Shown: in pieces, positions 24,081 to 35,113 of the stretch
How positions within the stretch are numbered: position 1 is the stretch's first letter
How the letters are laid out: every line of letters begins with the position of its first letter
DNA from: Octopus sinensis
Taxonomy: Eukaryota
Direction of reading: 5' to 3'
NCBI RefSeq assembly: GCF_006345805.1
Contig: NW_021833038.1
Span: forward strand, 24,709-88,708
DNA: 64,000 nucleotides
Position numbers and translations under genes: made by a program
The notes under the pieces: generated by a model
Told to the model about the DNA's origin: nothing
Database searches by the model: none
The model's input: only the letters and a program-made list of their open reading frames with translations

Positions 24081-24442
24081 ATCTATCTGTTTATATATCT
24101 ATCTATCTATCTATCTTATCTATTTCTGTCTCTCTCATCTCTCCCTCACTATCTTTCTCACTTTATCTCTGTATTCCATTCTCTTTTTCTTTCTCTTCAT
24201 ATATATAATTATGTGTGTGTGTGTGTGTGTGTGTGATCAATCGTTAATCCACCGTTTGAATACACACAAACACACACACATGCACAAATATATATATAAT
24301 ATATATATATAATATATATATGCAAACAAATATATTTAATACATTTATATATAAATGTATATTTGCCCACGTGTGTGTGTGTGTGTGTGTACGTGTGTGT
24401 GTGTGTGTATGTGTGTGTGTGCGTGTTTGTGTATGTGTACGC

Positions 24443-24474
<32 letters not shown>

Positions 24475-24671
24475 GTGTTCATATATCTGTGTGCACGTTT
24501 GCATGCATGATAAGTGAGAGCCTGAATGCGAGGCTTTACGGAAACGAAACAAAAGATAATCACCGCGAGGAAGAGAGGCAAGTGAGGGCGAGAGCGAGAG
24601 GGAGAGGAAGAGGAGATTGATAGAAGACACAGCCCCAATATCTGACTGGTATTGACAGTATTTATTTACGA

Positions 24672-24972
24672 CAGCATATGGCGTGGTGGTTAAGAGCGCG
24701 GGCTACTAACCCCAAGATTCCGAGTTCGATTCCAGGCAGTGACCCGAATAATAATAATAATAATAGTAATAATAATAATAATAACAACAACAACATCGAA
24801 AAATGCGATAGGAATGAGAACCCAGGTTCGAAATTTCCCAAAGGCACCTGATGAAGGCTGGAGGGTATATCAGCCGAAACATTGTTCACAACAAACAAGA
24901 TGGGGACAAATATCCACCAAATGTAAATAATGTAAATAATCTAAATAATTCCTCGTCTCTTAAATATAGAAG
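24672..24972 (+). mobile_element. composite SINE-like element: tRNA-derived head + (AAT)n linker + PLE pLTR-like tail with hammerhead core
   Basis: A box TGGCGTGGTGG (24679), B box GAGTTCGATTCC (24722), (AAT/AAC)n at 24747-24795, CTGATGA-A-GGCTG-GAGGGTATAT-CAGCC-GAAAC (24848-24880), then (ATGTAAATA)-like tandem repeats. Confidence 0.7.
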
Positions 24973-25166
24973 CTGACCTTGAGTTTATTTGAACTTAAGA
25001 TGCTGAGGTCCAGAATAATCATGTAAGATATCTTTACCCGATGCTCCACTGACTCGACCAGTTACGCCGTCTCCCCTTATTTCACTGATTTAGCCATTAG
25101 CCTTTCTTTCCGAATTTTGGTGGCGAGGACAAGCGGCTTTTGAGAGAAACCCTTAAAGCATTAGAC

Positions 25167-25597
25167 CAGAGGCTCTCAGCTGGGGTTCCTATCATCCCTG
25201 GGAATCCATATAAGGTCTTTGGGGGTCCACACAAGCAAAATAATCGTATTTTAAGGTTCCATGAAAACATTTTCGTTTCAGATATAAATTAAAGTGTTGG
25301 GGAGAATTCCAAGTCATATATTTATCTAGGAATGTAGCTTTTAAAGAAAGCAATCAGTCTGCCAAAGCATATCTTTAAACAGCCAGATTTCTTTCACTGA
25401 CATTTTACATAGTTCCCCGTGTTTCTGGCCACTGAAATATGTTCTCTCAGAGCGTGCTGTTGTAAACCTACGAAAGTGAATCGATGAAAAGCAAAACAGG
25501 AATTTTGAAAGAAGAATCAATAAAACAAGTTTTTAAACTTCCAGTGGTTTTCAGTTCCAAGGGTGTCTACAGATCCAATCATAGTTGAGAACCACTA
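25167..25597. mobile_element. hAT-superfamily MITE
   Basis: Imperfect TIRs CAGAGGCTCTCAGC / GTTGAGAACCACTA and an 8-bp TSD-like pair CATTAGAC / CATTGGAT. Confidence 0.7.
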
Positions 25598-26279
25598 CAT
25601 TGGATGCTATTTTCTCCGTCTGTCGGCGCGCTGAGTTCAAATCATGATATTACCTTCTAGGGCGGAACACTCAAACCGTCCCCTGCTTTAACATCACCGC
25701 CTCTTCAACCACGACCACCTCTTTGGACCTTGGGTGATTTTACTTAAGTCATTTCTGTTGCAGTCTTTTCATGTCTGCTGTCTGGTTTTTCTCACTCCTC
25801 TCTTTCCTTCTCTCCTTCCTCCTCCCTTATTCTTTCAATCCCCACCAACACACCCTGGTATCGTAGACTCTGAAATGTGTCATGGCTACCAGCCTCACTC
25901 CCGATTAACCCATAAAGATTATCATTCAATGTGTCCTTCCTGTTTTTTACTACATTATGAGGGACGCAAATTCAGGGACGTTTGGCTATTATTTCTAGCA
26001 GACTGATCTACCTAGCAGAAGATCAGCCATGTAGCAGAGTCACTGACCTTTAGTCCTCAACGCCTTGGTAGAGAAGACATAAAATCAAAGTCAGCCCGGC
26101 CGTGACCAACTCGATTTTTGCCTATAAGCAGGGAACTTAGAACTACATTATCCAATTATTTCTTTTCCATTTCTAAAACGGCGTGGAGTGATTCCGAAGG
26201 CAGGGCTCCTCAAACTGTTTCACTCCTCGTGTCTCTCCTTTTTCTAACACTTTTTCAAATCCGTCATATTACGATTCAA

Positions 26280-26490
26280 CGCTAATAAGATCACCCCACT
26301 GGTTGCGGATCCGTGGAATAAGCTGCCGGACGAGATAGTGAAGATGCCGACCACCGCTCGGTTCAAAGTCTCCCTTGAACACAAGTGGCCTGAACTCTTT
26401 ACATGAACACCACCCTGTACATAACTCCATGTCCCCCTACATGGCCTTGCTTTTCGCTTTTTGAGCCCAAAAATTAACTAACTAACTAAC
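26280..26490 (+). mobile_element. CR1-clade LINE extreme 3' end with (TAAC)n tail
   Basis: VADPWNKLPDEIVKMPTTARFKVSLEHKWPELFT* (the WN.LP..V...FK..L motif), a short UTR, then TAACTAACTAACTAACT. Confidence 0.85.
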
Positions 26491-26729
26491 TATTGTATGC
26501 ACATACCAATAATATTACCTAGAGTAATTCAGTCACGGGTATCCGGGTACTAGTTTCAGACGAGTGTCTACTTATCATAGAAATAACTTATTACAAGCGG
26601 ATACTAAGACCATGGGTGGTATTTATTCGGTTTTTATTTTCTTATTTCACAAATTAAAGCAGATTATTATAGTTGAAGTCGTTGTTCTTCTTGTAATTGT
26701 AGCTAAAAAAAAGGCAGTTATAATATGAC

Positions 26730-27122
26730 CAGTGCATGTGTGGCTGCGTGGTAAGTAGCTTGCTTACGAACCACGTGGTTCCGGGTTCAGTTCAACAGCG
26801 TGGTACCTTGGATAAGTGTCTTCTACTATAGCCTCGGGCCGACCAAAGCCTTGTGAGTGGATTTCGTAGATGGAAACTGAAAAGAAACCCATCATATATA
26901 TGTATATATATGTGTGTGTGTTTGTGTGTCTGTGTTTGTCTCCCCAACATCGCTTGACAACCGATGCAGGTGTGTTTACGTCCCCGTAACCTAGCGGTTC
27001 GACAAAAGAGACCGATAGAATAAGTACTAGGCTTACAAGGTATAAGTCCTGGAGTCGATTTGCTCGACTAAACGCAGTGTTCTAGCATGACCGCAGTCAA
27101 ATGACTGAAACAAGTAAAAGAA
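26730..27122 (+). mobile_element. SINE family A, full length
   Basis: Colinear with 9752-10146. Confidence 0.9.
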
Positions 27123-27384
27123 TGTATATATGTATGTAAATGAAAAAATGTATAAACAAACGACGTAATATATACTAAATGTAAAAGCGAACTGGAGACA
27201 AACAGGAGATCCAATATTCTTCATCAGTTATCGACTAAGTGGTACTGTTCAGTCTCGCACCTTTAACGATAAGACTGAATGCTTCTCAATTGGCGGTGCA
27301 CGCAAAAAACAAAGAGTTTTCTTGCGTAGAATTAGGGTGAAGAGCAAACGAAACGAGCAAAAGGACACAGAGTGTGATTTAAGA

Positions 27385-27597
27385 CGGCCATGTGTGCATA
27401 TATGTGTGACTTTGTGTTTGTCCGCCACCACCGCTTGGCCATCAGCACTTGTGCGTTTACGTTCCCGTAACCTAGCGGTTGGAGAAAAAGAGAATGATAT
27501 AATAAGTATCAGGCTGGGTTCGATTCATTCGACTACAAATTCCTCTAGGTGGTGCCCCCAGCACGGCCGCAGATTACTGAGTGAAACAAGTGAAATA
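27385..27597 (+). mobile_element. SINE family A, 3' part
   Basis: GTAACCTAGCGGTT...GGTGCCCCCAGCACGGCCGCAG...GAAACAAG. Confidence 0.75.
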
Positions 27598-28204
27598 TAG
27601 AAGTGTTTTTTTAATTTAATACTGAAACTAAAATAGAAAATTAAATGACTGTACAGACACATCTCCCCCAAACCTTATTGCTTTCTTTTCCCGCAGGACC
27701 CATAAATATCTTTTTCCACCAAACCCCAGGAGGCACTTACGCCAACTTTGCGAAGATCTCACGTAGCAGCTCCTATAAACGGCACAATTTATATCCAGCG
27801 GATATAAAATAATTTACTAGTCAGATTGTTTTATCCGGGTGATAAATATCAGAGTATACTTATCCCAGATGTACACCGTCACCGATACTTTATGAAGGTG
27901 ATGCAGTGGGATGGAGGTGGGGGGGCTACAAATACAGAAAGATTTATTATTCTATTCTAAGAAATTACATTTACCACTTTTATTTCTATAAATTTGATGT
28001 ATTTTTTATTATGTATTTTATTTTCGCGTTGCATTTGTTGTTTTCATTCGCTTTTTTTTTTCAGGAATTTGTTGCTGTTTTTTTCTTTCATATTTTTGTT
28101 TTATTTTTTATTGTTTTATTCTTTTTGTTTAATTTCTTTTTGTTTGTTTTTCACTGTTTGGTGAAAATCATGTTAAGGGATTGTAGTCAAGTCACGTGCA
28201 TATG

Positions 28205-28255
28205 TGTGTTTGTGTGTTTGTGTCTGTGTCTGGATGTATATATATATATATAATA

Positions 28256-28291
<36 letters not shown>

Positions 28292-29060
28292 TGTATGTAT
28301 GTATGTATGTATGTATGTATGTGTATATGTATATATATAGAGAGAGATATATATGTATGTATATATACATATATATACATATATACATTTATAGATATGT
28401 ATGTATGTATATATATATAATATATATCTATATATATACGTGCATATACACCGAGACATAAACTCACTCACACACTCATCTAGATACATTAGTATATATC
28501 TAAATATAAATTTATATATATATATGTATACGTGTTTGTGTATATTCATACATACACCTATACGCACACATACGCACGGACACAGTCATATAGACATAAA
28601 TACAACTAAATACACCTATATATGTACGCATGCACACTTACGAATGTGTATGCATATATATATATATATACATACACTTATATATATATACACTTATATA
28701 TATATATATATTTGTATATATATATATGTATATATATGTATATATATGTATGTATATATATACACTTATATATATATATGTATATATACATATATGTGTG
28801 AATGCACATATATATATATATATATATATCATATACATATATACGCACACACATACACACAGATTAATGTGTGTGTATGTGTGTGTCTTTATATACATGT
28901 GTGCAAGAGTGTGTTTCTACAGACATGTGTGCGTGTATATATATATATATATATATTATATGTGTGTGTGTGTGTGTGTATACACACGCCTGCGCTTGCG
29001 CGCGTACGCACTCACGTACACACACATACACATATACACGCGCACACACATACACACAGT
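28205..29060. repeat. long degenerate (AT)/(TATG)/(CA) microsatellite field
   Basis: Direct read. Confidence 0.9.
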
Positions 29061-29642
29061 GAACTGGTCTGGTTGACAATGTAAATATGTTGCCGCGTTG
29101 TATAATAGCCAGGTGTACTAATCACCATATTGGTTAAAGGGCTTTTCACCTCAGGTATGTTGACTGTTTATTCAGGTGAAAGTTGTTCTTTTCAGAAGAG
29201 AACGACAGACAAACGGACAGACACACAGGCAAACAGACTGGCAGACGGGCAGACAGGCGGACGGATTGGCGGTTTAAAAGATATCGCCAGCTATGGCGGA
29301 CTGATCGCTTTCTTTAAAAGCTACATTCGTATATAAATATATAGGCTTGCAATTCTCCTGAACACTTTAATATATATCTCTCATTCGCGCCCCACCCCAC
29401 CTTTTCCTTTTCTTTCCCGCTCTCTCTCTCTCTCTCTCTCTCTCTCCTCATTCTCTCTCTCTCTCTCATTCTCTCTTCTTCTCAATCTCTTTCTATCTCT
29501 ATTTCTCTCTCTCACTCTCAATGTCTGCCCGTATGAGTGAGTGTGATTTTAGAAGACAGAGAAAGAGACAGATAGGACGCCTCTCTCTGTTTCTCTTACT
29601 CAATCTCTCTCTCTCTCTCTCTCGTGATATATGTTATGTATG

Positions 29643-29719
<77 letters not shown>

Positions 29720-29817
29720 TAATATGTATATGTATATATATATTCGTACACACACACATGAGAGAGATTAAGAGCATATATATGTATATATGTATATGCA
29801 CATATATACACAGACAC

Positions 29818-29965
29818 ATAGCTGTATGGCATTATCACATGGTTCTGGGTTCAGTCCCACTGCGTGGCACCTTGGGCAAGTGTCTCCTACTATAGCTTCA
29901 GGCCAACCAAAGCCTTGAGAGTGGATTTGGTAGACTGAAACTGAAAGAATCTCATCATATATATG
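29818..29965 (+). mobile_element. SINE family A, 5' part
   Basis: CACATGGTTCTGGGTTCAGTCCCACTGCGTGGCACCTTGGGCAAGTG. Confidence 0.85.
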
Positions 29966-30005
29966 TGTGTGTACGTGTGTGTGTGTGTGTGTGTGTGTGT
30001 CCGTG

Positions 30006-30095
<90 letters not shown>

Positions 30096-30329
30096 AGAGA
30101 GTGATGCATAGAAAGATAGATAAATAGACAGACAGACAGATAGAATGGCAAATATGATAGATAGATAGATGAATAACAGACAGACAGTTCCAGTAAATGT
30201 ATTTCAGTTGTTAATTGAAATAGCCATCAGTACATCATACTTAATGTACACACACACATACATATATATAATATATATATATATATTATATAATATAATA
30301 TATATTATATATATATAATATATATATAT

Positions 30330-30473
30330 AAAATTAATTTATTATATAGAAGGAGCTTCTACAGGACTAGAACTGTTTCATTCAAGAGAAATCTTCAGGA
30401 AGCATTCAAGATTTCTCTTGAATGAAACAGTTCTAGTCCTGTAGAAGCTCCTTCTATATAATAAATTAATTTT
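30330..30473. repeat. perfect 66-bp inverted repeat (12-bp spacer) derived from a hammerhead-containing pLTR
   Basis: 30330-30395 is the exact reverse complement of 30408-30473. The spacer is CAGGAAGCATTC. Confidence 0.95.
30355..30403 (-). ncRNA. complete type I hammerhead ribozyme motif
   Basis: GCTTC-CTGAAGA-TTTC TCTT GAAT-GAA-ACAG TTCTAGTC CTGT-A-GAAGC. Stem I 5 bp, stem II 3 bp plus a U.U pair, stem III 4 bp, GUA triplet. Confidence 0.8.
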
Positions 30474-30532
30474 ACTCTGCTATGTATTGAGTACCTTATT
30501 TACTGTGGTTAACCCCGAATCAACCCGGGACC

Positions 30533-30573
<41 letters not shown>

Positions 30574-30819
30574 TTTGCTAGGCCAGGTACAGCTGTTTCC
30601 ACCCGTAATAGAATCTCTCATGGACATGTAGTGTCCCAAAAACTCAACACACATTGGAAGATTTCGGGTCTAAAGTTAGAGTCATGGTCAACATGTGTGT
30701 GTGTGTGTGTGGTTGGCAGTATTTGAATTCTTTGTGGTCAATGGTGTGGTGTTGTACGTCTTTTGGTCGTGGAAGCGCCATCCAACCAAAATGCAAATAT
30801 ATGGGAAACTACCACATGT

Positions 30820-31060
30820 GTCATCTCCAGTTTGCTGGACATTGTTGTAGAGCTGAAAAAGAAGTAATTTCTGCTCTTCTCCTCTGGAAGCCATCTACTC
30901 GCAATACCAGAGGGCGCACACTCTCCTACCCTGATGTAATCTCCAGGGATACAGGCATCCAGCAACAGGACCTCCGTAATGCCATGATGGACCGTGAAGT
31001 CTGGCGTAGCATGGTCAATTCCATTGTCTCGACCACGGTCGAACAATGATGATGATGATG
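30820..31060 (+). mobile_element. RTE-clade LINE 3' end with (GAT)n tail
   Basis: QFAGHCCRAEKEVISALLLWKPSTRNTRGRTLSYPDVISRDTG...DREVWRSMV, then ATGATGATGATG. Confidence 0.85.
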
Positions 31061-31849
31061 GTGATGGTTTGGTCGTTTATCTCGAGTGTTTGGTTCTCAA
31101 AATGACACCGTGTCAAATATGGTAACGGAATAAGAGAACATATGGGAAAGACAAGTCTGCTGTGTTTCTTTGCGACAGTGTGTACGTGTGTGTACGTGTG
31201 TGTGTGTGTATGTGTGTGTCTGTGTGTGTGTGTGTCTGTGTGTGTGTGCACGTGCTGCGCGTGTGTGCGAGTGCGCTCGTTCACAAAGCAGATTGCCCGT
31301 CGTGGGACATATGTTTGAACCTGTTTCAAAACTTGTTCTCCGGTGTAATCTCTGCGGTGTCGAGAGAGAGCAACAGTGGGGTTGATGACGTAAGGGGTAG
31401 CGGAGCAACATCAACACTATCAAACACAATAACAGCATCATCGTCATCATCATCATCACCATCATCATCTTCAACATCACCATCGTCATCATCATCATCA
31501 TAACCATCATCACCATCATCATCTCCACCACTGTCATACCAGGAATAGCAACAGCAACCACAAACACATGAACATCAAAAAACAGTCATCAAATGAAATA
31601 TTTTCAACATTACTCGTGTTGGAACAACATAAAAACGGTTCATTCTCTTTCTCTTCTCTCCCCGGGTGAGATGAAAAGATAAAACAGCCTGCTACCCCCA
31701 GTGAGTTTTGAACTCAGAATCTTCGAGTATCACCAAAAATACATAGATATATTCAGGCCAACCATGGGGTCTCTCTCTATGTCGTCTCCAACTTCTAGAA
31801 ATAGTCTTGAATCAAACACACACAACGCTACCGACAGCTAAATAATCCT

Positions 31850-32070
31850 GTCTAGTGAAGGCAGCACAAGGCTTGAAATTTGGCAGGAGGGGATTGGTCG
31901 GTTACATCGACCCCAGTGTTTCACTGGTACTTAATTTATCGACGCCGAAACGATGGAGCACGGCGAAATTTGAACTCAGAACGTAGCGACGGACGAAATA
32001 CCATAAAGCATTTCGTCCGGCGTGCTAATGAATTTGAACTCAGGATGTAAAGTTCGGAAGTAACAAATAA
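31850..32070 (-). mobile_element. SINE family B
   Basis: Central GTACCAG/GGGGTCGAT domain, tRNA-like head, and a ..CTTGTGC.. tail. Confidence 0.75.
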
Positions 32071-32100
32071 TAATTATAAGACTGGACGTATGTAAGTGTG

Positions 32101-32182
<82 letters not shown>

Positions 32183-32571
32183 CATGAAAGTGTGTGTGCA
32201 TGTATGTACATAAGTATGTGCGTGTATATATATATATGTATGTATGAATTTATGTTTATGTATGGATATATGCATACACACACACACACACATATGTGTG
32301 TGTGTGTGGCTGATGACGTAATTCCTGTTCCATTATTATTTATTGATTACGCTCTGTACTCAACTGATGCTTCATCCGGAAGCAAAAGAATATTGAGTTT
32401 TAAAACCAGGTAATTAGTGTGGCCATGCTGAGGCAACATGTCTTCTATCTACCTATCTATCTATTTATCTATCTATCTACCTATCTATCTATTTATCTAT
32501 CTATCTACCTATCTGTCTGTCTGACTCTCTCTCTCTCTCTCTCTTTCTCTCCCTCCCTCTTTGTCTATCTA

Positions 32572-33267
32572 CAGAGTGTTCCAGCTAAATTTGACACAAT
32601 ATTCCATCCAAAATAAATGTATTTTAAAACCTCAAAACATATTGACAAGATTCTAGCAGGGAAATAGCAGCTTAGTGAAAGCAAGGCCACATGAGGGTCC
32701 CAGAGCCGGGTGCATGCGTTGCTCCTCGCTGGGTCCATGGGAAGACCTTTGAACACTTCCTTGATCTTAGCCATCAACTCAGCTTTGATATTTCAGGCTG
32801 AGTGATTGATTGTCTTTCTCGACTGTTCTTCACACATGGCATAACAGTCGAGGAAATTAGCAGGACAGAAACAGGTTGATGAAGTAGAAACTCTCCGACG
32901 ACCAGTTGTAATTCTTTCTGGAGGTATGGCAAGGAGCCGAACATTGCTGGCACACATATGGCTTTCTTGCAGCGACCCTTTGCTGCCAGGGACCACAGTC
33001 GCCACCAGCTTCACATCGCTGTCTGAATTGAGCCGACGTCTCTATTCGAAGTTGTGTGTTCCGGCGTTCGGGTGCCATCGGGAGCACTTGTTGTGTCCCT
33101 TTCTGCGAGTCACAGCTTCGGAGTCATCCACGTCAGTCAACGTGTTTTCGACTATAGTTTAAGCCTTATGCCCTCCAACGCCGTTGACTCTTTAGCAATA
33201 CATTAAGCTGTTCCTGACACAGAAAAAGAGACATAAAATAGCTATCATATTTAGCCTGAACACTCTG
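32572..33267 (-). mobile_element. internally deleted Tc1/mariner element with both TIRs
   Basis: TIRs CAGAGTGTTCCAGCTAAATTTGA / TCATATTTAGCCTGAACACTCTG, TA on the left and CA on the right. Minus remnant PANFLDCYAMCEEQSRK...KAELMAKIKEVFKGLP..SNACTRL resembles a transposase C-terminus (WPPNSPD.NPLDY..W...). Confidence 0.75.
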
Positions 33268-33269
33268 CA

Positions 33270-33444
33270 TACATAAATACATACATAAATACATACACAC
33301 ATACATACAAACATACATACATACGTACATACATACATACATACATACATACATACATACACACATTCATATATACAGTCATTACATACATACAAACATA
33401 TGTATATGTATATATATATATATGTATATGTATATATATATAAG

Positions 33445-33486
<42 letters not shown>

Positions 33487-33523
33487 TATATACTGACGTA
33501 CATATATACTTATGTATACATAC

Positions 33524-33586
<63 letters not shown>

Positions 33587-33587
33587 T

Positions 33588-33618
<31 letters not shown>

Positions 33619-33686
33619 TGACGTACATATATAATTATGTATACATACATACATACATACATACATACATACATACATACATGCAT

Positions 33687-33717
<31 letters not shown>

Positions 33718-33753
33718 TATATAATATATATATATATATAATATATATATATA

Positions 33754-33799
<46 letters not shown>

Positions 33800-33810
33800 C
33801 ATACAATTGC
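33270..33810. repeat. (TACA)n/(AT)n microsatellite field
   Basis: Direct read. Confidence 0.93.
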
Positions 33811-34186
33811 AATTGATTATCTGCTGAGTGTTATGGAGAAATCGGTTATAAGCGATGATAAACATTTTCATGTTGGAATTCCAAACAACGAACGCAGCAC
33901 TGAGAAATTATGTTGGCACTTAGATGGATAAACATGCGTGTAGTCAGGTAATTATGTCGATGTGTAGATAGGTAGACAGGCGGGTTGCATAGCGAGGTAG
34001 ATATGTACATAGGTAGGTACATAAGACTTCAGGTCGGCAGGAGGGCAGAATAGATGGGTGTGCGGCTATTGGTAGGTGCGTGTATGGAGAGGGGGAGAGA
34101 CAGAGAAAGAAAAAGAAAGAGGTGAACGGATTGTCAGTGTCAGAATAGTACGAGGCCAAACACACACACACATGTATGTATACCTG

Positions 34187-34267
<81 letters not shown>

Positions 34268-34769
34268 GTGTGTATACGTATAGACACACCTATGCATAAC
34301 ATTTACATAGCACATTGAAGCGCTTGGTGTTTACCGAATATCATAAACAGTTTATGTTGGCGAAGAATCTTTAGCGTGTATCAATGACAGTTTTAAGCGA
34401 GTGGAATCCATACATACGTACATACGCACTCGCACACACACACACACACACACACATACAACAGTACACACACACATACACATGCACACACACACACACA
34501 CACATGCATACATATACACTACGTATGTAGGAAAAATCGAAAGGGGACATTGAAACGATTAAAACCACAGAACAAATAAACGAAGGACACAGCCACGAAA
34601 ACCAGGGAGTGAGCCGACACTTTCGAAGCGCTTAAAGTCTAGCGACTCTCTCTCTATCTATCTATCTATCTATCTCTCTCTCTCTCTCACTCCCTCTCTT
34701 TCTCTCTCTATCTTCATTGGCCGTCTGAGTAGAAGGAATCCAGTGGTTGTAGATGATAGCCTTGCTTAT

Positions 34770-35058
34770 TAAAAGGGGGATCATCGTGATCTCCGTGGAC
34801 TCACTTTGTCTAGACTCTTGGGCCAGAGAAAAACAGATGCTCAGCGAAATACGAGTTAATCCAAAAGCCATCTGTAGCATTTCATATGAGTTTTTACTCA
34901 GAGCTTTGTTATAGCCATCTCCTCCTTCAATCTGAAATAACAAAAGGTGGCAGGTCAGATTATTAGATGTATAGTAAATAATAGACTAAACTTACAATAA
35001 TCCAGGACGCTTACTACTCCTAAAAAAGTACCAAAACTTCAAGAATGCACTTCGTGTA
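34770..35058 (-). mobile_element. mariner 5' end remnant (TIR + N-terminal HTH)
   Basis: TIR-like AAAAGTACCAAAACTTCAAGAATGCACTTCG (35024-35054) resembles the TIR at 37972-38003. Minus frames K.LSKNSYEMLQMAFG / ASVFLWPKS resemble mariner K.ATETY.MLQ.AFG...RASVF.WHK. Confidence 0.6.
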
Positions 35059-35113
35059 TATGTATATCTATCTGTCTGTCTGTCTGTCCGTCTGTCTATC
35101 TATCTATCTATCT

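Noticed and set aside
24672-24746. Functional tRNA gene
   Set aside because: A and B boxes and an anticodon-like arm are present, but there is no paired acceptor stem or terminator. It continues into a repeat body, so it is treated as a SINE head.
32310-32360. CTGATGA followed by a CGTAAT/ATTACG stem
   Set aside because: No GAAA, stem III or stem I partner.
32690-32745. HDV-like ribozyme (CTCCTCGCTGG resembles HDV)
   Set aside because: I could not build P1/P2/P4, and the segment lies inside the mariner transposase remnant.
34806-34932. Host exon with a good acceptor and a GTGAGT donor (IEGGDGYNKALSKNSYEMLQMAFG...)
   Set aside because: Better explained as a frameshifted mariner N-terminal HTH next to a mariner TIR.
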